A stretch of DNA of 61,002 bases, counting the filler, from Sluysia triapertura (lineage: Eukaryota), in NCBI GenBank assembly GCA_046118255.1. It is 4 parts of 4 records of this genome, joined end to end, with 100 filler letters (N's around TTAATTAATTAA, not from the genome) between each part and the next. Parts side by side here need not be neighbours in the genome. Positions count along the whole stretch, not along the records: positions 1 to 12,881 come from JBJNIA010075496.1; 3 more parts are not named here. One strand, given 5' to 3'. The translations under genes and the position numbers were made by a program. How positions within the stretch are numbered: position 1 is the stretch's first letter; each line of letters opens with the position of its first letter. The notes beneath the pieces are model-generated. The model saw only the letters and a program-made list of their open reading frames with translations, was not told where the DNA came from and ran no database searches. Shown in pieces: positions 1 to 8,744 of the stretch.

Positions 1-539
1 CAGGAAGGAGGAACGTTGTATCACGAGCACTAAAGCACCAAATGCGCAGGATACCTACCAACATATCACAAAAGAGTACACTAGGCGGTTTCGAGTCGTT
101 TGTCTTATATGTTGTTTCATCTACATGAGAACAAAACACGCATGTAAATTGCATTATTTGGTTACACAAATTCGTGCACAATTTTGTTACATTTTCAAAA
201 TTATGTAATAATGAATGTGTGCTTGCACATTCTGCATTGAAATAATCACATTGTACAGTGCCTGTTAGTAGAGGAATCAATTGATACTCAGCGCCCGTCT
301 GCACACCGCCTAAGCACACTGCTGCACTGATGCTGCACCGCCGCTGAGCCATCTGAGTCTCGAGAGCTCGCAACAAATCATAGTTCAATTCTCTAAGTTC
401 CTGTCAGAATGACAACACGACGGGGCACCCAAAGTTTTCAAAGTTACACAGCTGCACAAGAAGTTTTCATAGTGCACGATTCTGCCGCTAGTTGTTTGTA
501 TAACCACGCCTTCTCAGACAGTGTGTTAAGCGGCGTTTA

Positions 540-1178
540 TGCGGAAGGTTTTGTTTGGCCGGCGTATATTTTATTGCAAGAGCTGATTGGTCTCTCCGTC
601 GTTTTCCTCTTCACCTCCACCACGTCAGCGAAACGCTTCCCCTTGAGGTTTCACTTCATCGGCGGGAATAAAAATGTCCCTGAGAGTCATATCGGATGAA
701 TAGACAACTCTGAGTTCCTCAATGGTTTGTCATCGATCTTCACACACGAGCTCATTGATTTCTTTGGACACTTTCGCCCGTTCTGAAAGTTGTCGGAAGT
801 GCAGAATGCGGTCGATCATCAAATGGCATTTCATCATGTTTAACGCGGGTGAGCCGCGAGTAAGCTTGAACTTGACACCTAGAGTCTTCTTCGTAACAGG
901 TCTTCAACGTTTGAACGCTTTCCGATGATTTTTCCCCCATTAGGAAGCAAAATTTTACATCCGCGCCCAGCTCATTAGATTCTCCATGAAGAAACACGAT
1001 GTCTGGATAAAACATCCCTTGAAAGAAAATTTGCTCCTTGAAGTTAAAACCTTCCGCATCAACGCCGCTTGGCACACTGACTGAGAAGGCATGTTGAACA
1101 AATATCTAGCGGCAGAATCGGCTACTACGAAAACCGCGCCGCAGCGTTATTCTGAAAACTTTTGGGTACCACCTCATA
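540..1178 (-). mobile_element. Internally deleted mariner (Tc1/mariner) transposon remnant
   Basis: The minus ORF 752-1075 reads like a mariner N-terminal HTH (VKFCFLMGEKSSESVQTLKTCYEE...FDDRPHSALPTTFRT). Minus 600-700 gives YSSDMTLRDIF...NLKGKRFADVVEVK, matching the YSPDLAPxD/LKGKRF C-terminus. A mariner-type end TA|TGAGGTGGTACCCAAAAGTTTTCAG lies at ~1152-1178. The left boundary is approximate. Confidence 0.85.
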
Positions 1179-1247
1179 CCTTCAGCTGAAATGAGACTGA
1201 AGGTATCACAGTCGTATGAAACGTTTTTTAGGATAACTCAGGAACGG

Positions 1248-1415
1248 TCAGATTCTAGTGCTTCTCTGAAATTTCTTAGCAATTGTTTCGCATTTTCTAA
1301 AATTGGCTAAGTTGTCACTGCTTAGCTTTCTTAAAATTATGCGTGAGTAAAACTTACAACACTGGTTAAAAATATTTATTGTCAATCTGACGTTTCGGTC
1401 CAAGACTAAGACCAT
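1248..1415 (-). CDS. 55-codon ORF starting inside the hammerhead; corresponds to the PLE protein N-terminus carried in the 3' tail
   Basis: MVLVLDRNVRLTINIFNQCCKFYSRIILRKLSSDNLANFRKCETIAKKFQRSTRI*. The segment NFRKCETIAKK aligns with QFRRVGTLVKN, which directly precedes FLEFCLDNKLLPRF in the neighbouring PLE-2. Confidence 0.6.
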   Translation of the reverse strand: MVLVLDRNVRLTINIFNQCCKFYSRIILRKLSSDNLANFRKCETIAKKFQRSTRI

Positions 1416-1426
1416 TATCAAAGATT
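1384..1426 (-). ncRNA. Minimal type I hammerhead ribozyme (PLE-associated), U3-A8 core variant
   Basis: Minus strand reads AATCT-TTGATAA-T-GGTC-TTAGTCTTG-GACC-GAAACGTC-AGATT. Stem I is AATCT/AGATT, stem II is GGTC/GACC, and the palindromic ACGT replaces stem III, followed by a GUC cleavage site. It sits ~80 nt downstream of the PLE stop, where PLE pLTR hammerheads are expected. Confidence 0.88.
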
Positions 1427-1508
1427 CTGAAATTGAAATAAAATGCTTTAAAAGGATCGGTCAAACAGTTACATCTAAGATCTAATTAGCAACCTTTCTT
1501 ATAAAATG

Positions 1509-3812
1509 CTATCTATACAATTGGATAAAATTCGAACACTCGTTAAATTTAACATTGATATCTGGTTTCTGTTGCTTAATTAAGAGAGCCTCGGCAAATC
1601 GCAGTTCCTTCACACTATTACTAGAAAACAAGACAGAGAAACTTTGCTGATGGACGGAGAGTTCCGGCAAGCATCCGTGCTCCGTGAGATAATGCTTGCA
1701 AATGCTGCTTTGTTTATACCGATGCTGCTGAGATCGCCTGCGCAGAGTGCAAGTTGTGTAGCCAATATAGACGGCATGACAGCCGTCTCCGCTGCAATTG
1801 AACTTATATACAACGTTGCTTCTGTCAAGGGCATCTTTTGCAGACCGAGTTGAAAATTTGTTAGCCAACTTCAATGGTTTTAAAAACGTACATAATCTTG
1901 CAGGGCGATCTGCTGAGGTAGTTTGGACATGTTCTTTAAAAATGCGCTTTAAAATTTTGGTGTCATTTTTAAACGAGTAATTATTAAAAAGCTCTATATA
2001 AAATTCAGTAAAATTGGCGCTTGGTTTAGTCTCCTTAATAAAAGCACTATTGATTGCATTCCTTATGATGGTGTCTATTATATTTTGGGGAAAGTGGCTA
2101 TTGGCGGCTATTTGCTTGATATGTTCTATTTCGTCTTGAAATATGGTCCAGCTTGAGCAGTATTGTAAGGCCCTGTAAACTAAAGTCTTGATAATTGATT
2201 TCTTGTACTGTACTAGATTTGATGAATGGAAATTTTCTAGTACGGGTGCGTCTGTTGGTTTTCGGTATACTGTCGTCTCTACGGAATCCGGTTTAAAATT
2301 GAATAAAATGTCTAAAAAATGAAAAGTCTTCGAATTTCCTCTGTCTACAGTAAAATTCAACACAGAGGCTGACCTCAGTGCTTCCACGAAGTCGCCGATG
2401 TCGCTCTCGTCGCGAAACACCGCCAGTATGTCGTCGACATAGCGTCTGTAAAACCTCGGCGCATGGGAACTGCTTTCCAGGACTGCTCCCTCCACATGAG
2501 ACATATAAAAGTCTGCATAAGTCGGTCCCAATGGGGAGCCCATGCTAACACCCTCATGTTGTATGTATACTTTTCCATCAAACTCGAAAGGGGTTCTTGT
2601 GGTGACTATTAGTAGTAGTTCGCGGAGGGTTTCCTTATCAATGTCTGGTGGCGGCTTGCTTTGATGATTGTAGACATCATGAATAATTAGATTTGTTGTT
2701 TCTATGACTGGGACATTTGTGAATAGAGATTCGACGTCGAGTGAGACTATTGTTTCGTTGTTGGCCAACTTTAGATTATCAATTCCAGCAAGGACTTCTG
2801 TGCCTGATTTTACAATGTGGTTACAGTTCAGGTAAGGTCGTATGATTTTATTCAACAATTTTGCGACGTCATGTGAGGCAGTTCCTGTAAGGCTTATTAT
2901 TGGCCGGAGTGGAGGATTTGTGGGGCATTTATGTACTTTCGGAAGCCCGTACAGATGCCCGAGTGAATAGTCTCCTGTTCTCCTGAGGTGCCTGGCGAGA
3001 TCTGGATTGCTAGTTTTCAAACTTCTGCTAATTTTATTTATCGAATCTTTAAGCTCATTGTTCCATTTTATGTTGCATTCCTGGAATCTTGTTCTGTCGT
3101 TAACAATTTCTACAAGTTTGTTGTTGTAGTCTTCTGTGTCCATAATGACCACACCTTGCCCTTTGTCTTGTCTTTTGATAACTATTGATGACTCTTGTAG
3201 TTTTTTTATGATTTGATGTTGATGCTTTTCTCTGGCCAACAGCTTACGATCTTTCCTGCTGTGCTTTATCCCAAAACAACTAAGCTTATGCTTGAGATCG
3301 TCCTCACTTTTAATTGTCACGTGTCCCGTTATCTTCTTATCGACGATGTTTGCATACAACTTTTCTACACTTACTTTTTGATCTAGTTTCGTCCTTTTCT
3401 TAGCTATGGTATAATTTAGTCCTAAATTTAAGATGGCAGATTCTTCTACTGTTAATTCTTTTCGTGAAAGATTGTGAACCTGCTCAGTTTCAATGGGGAG
3501 AAAGAACTTGCTGCCGTACAAATTGGTTAGTTTTCTTTGGTGCTTAACATTTGCATGTGATTTGTACTGCCTTATTATTTTCCGTAACAGATGCACTGAG
3601 ACGTAAAATTTTAGCTTGCTTGCAGATTGTTTTAAAGAAATTATTGCCGCTGACAACTGGTGCTGCAAATCTCTCAGACGGTTTCCTTTTTCGGACAGCT
3701 CATAGTCCAGGAGTTGCCGACGATACTGTTCTGTTATTGTTGCTCTTACCGCATTCTGACTGTAGAGTCGCAGACTTGTAAACTTTGGTAGAAGCCGATT
3801 ATTTATGCACAA
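1509..3812 (-). CDS. Penelope-like reverse transcriptase with C-terminal GIY-YIG endonuclease (no ATG; 5'-truncated)
   Basis: 767 open codons. PLE RT motifs: LYGLPKVHK, PLRPIIS, SLDVESLFTNV, QHEGVSMGSPLGP, RRYVDDIL, FLDI, VYRKPT. Endonuclease: NVVYKFNCSGDGCHAVYIGYT...RRRSQQH...CKH...EALLIKQQKPDIN (GIY-YIG with CCHH residues). The track starts it at TTG. Confidence 0.96.
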   Translation of the reverse strand: MCINNRLLPKFTSLRLYSQNAVRATITEQYRRQLLDYELSEKGNRLRDLQHQLSAAIISLKQSASKLKFYVSVHLLRKIIRQYKSHANVKHQRKLTNLYGSKFFLPIETEQVHNLSRKELTVEESAILNLGLNYTIAKKRTKLDQKVSVEKLYANIVDKKITGHVTIKSEDDLKHKLSCFGIKHSRKDRKLLAREKHQHQIIKKLQESSIVIKRQDKGQGVVIMDTEDYNNKLVEIVNDRTRFQECNIKWNNELKDSINKISRSLKTSNPDLARHLRRTGDYSLGHLYGLPKVHKCPTNPPLRPIISLTGTASHDVAKLLNKIIRPYLNCNHIVKSGTEVLAGIDNLKLANNETIVSLDVESLFTNVPVIETTNLIIHDVYNHQSKPPPDIDKETLRELLLIVTTRTPFEFDGKVYIQHEGVSMGSPLGPTYADFYMSHVEGAVLESSSHAPRFYRRYVDDILAVFRDESDIGDFVEALRSASVLNFTVDRGNSKTFHFLDILFNFKPDSVETTVYRKPTDAPVLENFHSSNLVQYKKSIIKTLVYRALQYCSSWTIFQDEIEHIKQIAANSHFPQNIIDTIIRNAINSAFIKETKPSANFTEFYIELFNNYSFKNDTKILKRIFKEHVQTTSADRPARLCTFLKPLKLANKFSTRSAKDALDRSNVVYKFNCSGDGCHAVYIGYTTCTLRRRSQQHRYKQSSICKHYLTEHGCLPELSVHQQSFSVLFSSNSVKELRFAEALLIKQQKPDINVKFNECSNFIQLYR

Positions 3813-3828
3813 CTGTGCATAAATAATC
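3797..3828. repeat. Perfect 15-bp inverted repeat (fold-back) at the PLE-1 5' truncation point
   Basis: GATTATTTATGCACA-AC-TGTGCATAAATAATC. The left arm encodes the first residues (CINNR) of the ORF. Confidence 0.95.
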
Positions 3829-4359
3829 TAAAGCGACATTTGCGTATACATCTTACATTGTATAATTGTTTAAAAAGAATTCTGTCTGAAGAAATTAATC
3901 GCAAACTAGCAGTGGCGATATGGTTGCACATTTTACACTTATATAATGTACAATGCACATCACTGCTATTGTATATATTGTATGATTAGAAAGATGAGTG
4001 TCGCACAGCCAATAGGGAATAAATGAAACTAGAAAACTGGAACAAATATGCAGATCAGTGGACAAGATTTCACTAACATGAAAAACAATTGCACTAAAAG
4101 TTAAGCGTAATAACATGCGGCAATGCTGAAATAATTGTTTTGATAATAGGCAATAAACTCTAATACATTAAACTCTACAGATTAAGACACCGATTATAAA
4201 ACAAACTCCAATCACCAAACGTTTCAAGAAACAAGTAAAACTTTTATTGAGTTTAAGCAACACGGTCATAGCAAACCAACCACTTAAAAACCAGTGCTAA
4301 CAAATGTGCAAGCGAATTCATGCTAAGTTCTGAAGCTGCTCATGTCAGTCCATAACTCG

Positions 4360-4680
4360 CCTGGTTCAATGTATGGGCTGCCCAAGATACACAAGAATTG
4401 AACTGATCCACCATTACGACCCTTTATATCAATGGCTGGTACAGCAACGTATGGAATTACGCAGTTTGTGCATGAACTCATTAGACATGATGCAGACAGG
4501 GCTCATATAATTCCATAGGGTGAAGAATGGAACGAGAGACGAAGAACCGTCCTCCCCAGTTTTAAAGTGGTGTCACTAGGTGTTGAATCACTTTTTACTA
4601 ATATTTAAGTAGAAGCTGCGACAGATATTATACTACGACGAGCATCTCATCACCAAAATTTGCTTCCAGCAATACGTTAA
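4360..4680 (+). pseudogene. Degenerate PLE RT fragment, opposite orientation
   Basis: Plus-strand translation PGSMYGLPKIHKN*TDPPLRPFISMAGTATYGITQFVHELIR and VVSLGVESLFTNI*VEAATDII, homologous to the PLE-1 RT. Confidence 0.88.
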
Positions 4681-4734
4681 ATCCTGCAGAACTGTTACAC
4701 CTCCAAGTCTCCCGATAAACTCTTTCTTGGATGA

Positions 4735-5725
4735 CTATTTGATACCGGTCTATATATGGACAGATATGTTCGTTCACAAATTGCGCTGTTTAATGCGTTA
4801 CTGTGCCTGTCATTGATATTATTAGACGCAATTGTGGACCTATTGAGGTTTGATGTATTTTTTAGCCCATATAGTTGGCCTGGTGAGTAATTTCCTTATC
4901 TGTGCAGTTTGTGATATATTGCTTCTCAAATTGGTTTACATTCTTTAGCTATTTCAATGATTCGTAGTTCTAAGCGATTGTTTTGATTCGATTGCTTTCA
5001 TAAACTTCACAGTATCGCTAACCAGCTGCAGGAGTTTCTCGGTGTATTTTTCTTTATTTAAAATTACCACTCCTCCGGATTTAAGTGGTCGCTGAATAAT
5101 TATCTCTGAATTACTTCGGATTACTTTCAAGGCTTCTCTCTCTTTGTTTCTGTCCCAGTCACCTCATTTTTTGAACTGGTTCCTAGGTTGTTACTGCACA
5201 ATTTTCCCATTTAAATTCTATTTTCGATGTAATAATGTTTTTTCTTTATACAGAAATTTAGAATAAAGTATTAAATGTTCTACTTCCGTTTGGTCATACT
5301 TTGATAGGTATATGATTTTATTTTTCTTATCTGCCAAGCAAACGTTTCCACCATACAAGGTTCTTAATTTTCGGTTCTGTGAGTGTAGCACATCACATTC
5401 GTATTGCTTAGTTAATCTTGCAAAGAATTGAATGCAAGAGTAAAACTTCAAATTTTTTGTTATGTGCCTGAGTTCTTTTACTGCTCGAATGGAAGCTTCC
5501 TTCGTGTGGAGCATAGCCTCAACTTTTCGGTCCCTCTCTCTTTTCATGAGACGTTCCTTAATCTTTACAGTAGATTTGTCTGACGTGGCCGTTACATCGT
5601 GCAGTTTAATGTTGGTAAATCTAGGGAGAAGCTTATTGTCAAGACAAAATTCCAAGAACCTTACATCAGCTTCTATTTTTCATGCATTCTTCACTAGTGT
5701 CCCGACTCTCCTAAATTGTTAGAAA
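4735..5725 (-). pseudogene. Degenerate PLE-2, 5' half of ORF
   Basis: ORF 5218-5655 (EFCLDNKLLPRFTNIKLHD...LKFYSCIQF...RKLRTLYGG) is homologous to the PLE-1 N-terminal region. It continues with stops and frameshifts into GNYSPGQLYGL...LRLIISMTGTVTH. Confidence 0.9.
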
Positions 5726-5761
5726 CTCGCTGTAGGCAGCATAAATACAGTATATCAACAG

Positions 5762-6152
5762 TTAAACTTTAAAATATAGCATCGAAATAGTTCCCTGAAT
5801 AATCTTAGAATAGACGAAGCAATTTTGATCCTTCATGAAAACCCTATGATAAACTGCAATTACAATTAAATGATTAGGACTATAAATTTGTATAAGTAAA
5901 ATTGTAGTTGGTCAGCAAACTTTGTTGTAGAGAATTCTTGTTTTAAATTCATAGATTTATAACTATCATTATGTATATTTTCAGATATTAGCCTGATGAT
6001 GCCATTAGTTGAAGCCGTAACGTCACTTTTAGTGTGTTGACAACGATTTTCAAAGCTATCTGTAGTTTTTATTCACGGATAGACCTTAAGAAACTTAATT
6101 TAATAAAAAAGTTAAATTTAGGAGACTCGAGAAACTGTTGAAGAAAATACGG
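5762..6152 (+). mobile_element. Inverted partial pLTR upstream of PLE-2 (EN C-terminus + 3' UTR + hammerhead + ORF start)
   Basis: NFKI*HRNSSLNNLRIDEAILILHENPMINCNYN*MIRTINLYK* (stop 5897-5899) is colinear with the last 44 aa of PLE-1. It is followed by TTTTCAG, a hammerhead relic, and KFRRLEKLLKKIR at ~6114-6152. Confidence 0.85.
5988..6027 (+). ncRNA. Degenerate minimal hammerhead ribozyme (probably inactive)
   Basis: CTGATGA-T-GCC...GCC-GTAA-CGTC. The CUGAUGA core is canonical, but GAAA is mutated to GTAA and the stems are damaged. Its position relative to the stop codon matches PLE-1. Confidence 0.7.
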
Positions 6153-8119
6153 TATCATAATAATTTTCCAAATGAATTCCGGACAGTCGAATCATTTTTG
6201 TTCGTAATAGAAAACCTTCAATAAATTGTAAATACAACGAAATGTTCGATAATGTAAAATTTTATAGACAGATAAAAGGAAATGGGTGAACATGATCATG
6301 AAGAGACTTAATTATGTTACTTTTTAAAAACTACTTCTGAACATATTTCCAAACTTTAGCTTGATGAGAATTGCAGCTTTTAATACAACACCAGTGGCTT
6401 ACATACTTATTCGTAGTATTTACTCAGCTGCAGTCTTGAAGTTAGATTTTGCTGAAAAGAAATAATTTAGAAATGTTGAGAAACCATTAAAAAGTGTAAT
6501 CAAATATGAAGCTGATATAAATTGTCTTTGCTTTTATAACAGTTTCTATAAGGTATGCGTTGAGTAAACAGATAATTGCAAAATACTTTTAAATTTCACA
6601 CAAAAGATAAAAATTAGTAAGTTAGTAGCAAACAAGAAGCAAAAAGTTAGTTGTGCTACTTGTTTTGAAAGAAATACAAGTGAAAATATATTAATATGAA
6701 AATTATTCAATAAAAAAATTTTTAACTCTTACTTTCGATTTCATTAACTATGTATTGTTACAAATTGAACTTATTTTTTGCCAATAATTAAAGAGTATAA
6801 CAGAAATAACATTATATATTTATTACAGCATATTTGTGTTCCATGTATCATGAAATGCAAAAGAATTTCACAAGTCGCTAGTAATTTCCTGTACAGTGGA
6901 AAAGTTGCAATAACGCAGCCAAATGGTCGGAATTTAGCAAACAAGAGCGCCGTAATTTCATTCAGACATAAATAATTACAGTTTAATAAACATTTTTCTC
7001 TAAAAGTTCCATTTATTTCCAGGACTGGGTGAGAGAACAGTTTGCTTACAGATGTTTGGCTTGTTTTTAATACATAAGACAGTAAACCATGACACATAAA
7101 CATAAATGATGAACAAATGCACAGCTTTCAATAATCGTAATTGTAAAAAATAAATTTAACTATAACAAAATTAATTTACAAATGGTTTGTGCATTGCTAT
7201 GAAGTTGGAACCTTCATCTGCATCATTCTTTACATTGTACAACCAGGACCGAGATCACAATGCGAAACTTTTGTGGACCCAAACCTCGCCGCTAACTCTT
7301 GGGTGAAGCTGAAAATTGAGGGAGGTGTTATCTTCCTGTGTGCTATCTAACAGTACGATGAACTCAACGACAATTTTGAAGGAGTTAGAAACGTAGTTAG
7401 CGGCAGCAGAGTCTCATTCAAAGGATTACTACGGATTACATTATGCACAAGTATGAATAAAAATTTACCGATAATAAGTAGTAAAAATAGGGGGCTGCAG
7501 CTCGGTATTGTCCATGAACAAGTTGCCGCTTACGGCAGAGCGAATTTTGGCGTCAGCGCGCACTACTGCAAAGATGATCCAAAAGTAGCAAAATTAGTTT
7601 ATGGATCATACGACTCATGATAAGGGGTATTAAAATATTCCGATCTAGGCAAGTGACGCAAAGTCACGAATGGAACACAAAATGGCAGAACACATGTGAT
7701 AAAGTTATCTGTATACAATTTTTATTTGCTCATCTTACACACGGAATTCTCAAGGTTTTGAGATCTCAGCCGCCGTGCGAGGACATCACAGCTTCATTAA
7801 TATAAAGAACACTTTAACGGATGACTGTCTCTAAATAAGGGAAATTTTCAAAAATAATGTCTAACTACTGCATCGTGTAAAAATTGTGCTATTTTATTAG
7901 CTGAGAATCTTTAACAAATTGTATTGCTGCAGAATAAAGCTTATTCATGAAATACGTTTGCACGTTATGGGTTTCATAATAATAAACAATTTCATTGTTT
8001 ACATCGAGATGCATGGACTTATTCTAGCAGCAAATAAGTTACTAGCACAGGCATGGCAACTGAGCTAGTAACATCGAAAGAAAGTGTTGAGCACCCCTTC
8101 ACTAGCTGACACTATTATA

Positions 8120-8280
8120 CGCAGCATATGTCATCCGACCCTGGCAATATCAGACGCATGTACGAGGGGATCAAGCGAGCAACAGGCAGACCGGTGACGA
8201 GGCCGGCACCATTGAAGTCTAGGTCGGGCGAGCTCATTGTCGACAAGAACGAGCTGATGAGCTGTTGGATTGAACACAGG
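8120..8280 (+). pseudogene. RTE-type non-LTR retrotransposon fragment
   Basis: GNIRRMYEGIKRATGRPVTRPAPLKSRSGELIVDKNELMSCWIEH resembles the RTE EN-RT linker (GNIRGMYDGIKKA...APLKSxxGE...RWVEH). Confidence 0.75.
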
Positions 8281-8299
8281 AGGCGCTCAATTCTATTCC

Positions 8300-8437
8300 G
8301 GCACATGTATAGTAGCGGAGCATATGTATTGTACCGGAGCATATGCATAATACCAGAGCATATCTATAGAACCAGAGCACTTGAATAGTACTAGAGCGTA
8401 TGTGTGGTACCAGAGCATGTGCACAGCACTAGAGCTT
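8300..8437. repeat. Degenerate ~18-bp minisatellite
   Basis: About 7 tandem units resembling GTACCAGAGCATATGTAT. Confidence 0.8.
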
Positions 8438-8744
8438 GAAGTGATTTATTGTTACGTAATCAAACCTTCAACAAGTGCAAAGTATGCTACTTGAGCGTTT
8501 GTATTGCAAGTCTAGTTTAGAGTTAGGCGGTGCAGTACACCAACATGTAGTCATAGTGAACACCGGGCTCTTAGCAAACAATAAATGATATTAATAATGC
8601 TTACTAACAAAGACTCAATTCCTTGGCGTCCAAAACACAAGTTTGTACGTGCGTGCAGGATGAACACTGAACACGAGAGGCAGCATAACAGGCGCTCTCA
8701 CTTTGTAGTTCTTATGGACTACATGCCCACTCCAACATTTAGAT

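Larger units (their letters stand above)
1265..3828 (-). mobile_element. Penelope-like retroelement PLE-1 (C-terminal GIY-YIG, Penelope/Poseidon-like), 5'-truncated, with 3' pLTR and tail
   Basis: Contains the RT-EN ORF, a downstream hammerhead, a tail encoding the ORF N-terminus and a fold-back at the 5' junction. The 3' boundary is approximate. Confidence 0.93.

Noticed and set aside
1610-3781. Small ORFs overlapping the PLE ORF
   Set aside because: Antisense or alternate-frame shadows with no recognisable motifs.
7470-7570. Possible minus-strand exon (VRADAKIRSAVSGNLFMDNTELQPPIFTTYYR)
   Set aside because: Splice-like borders are present, but there are no partner exons or recognisable domain.
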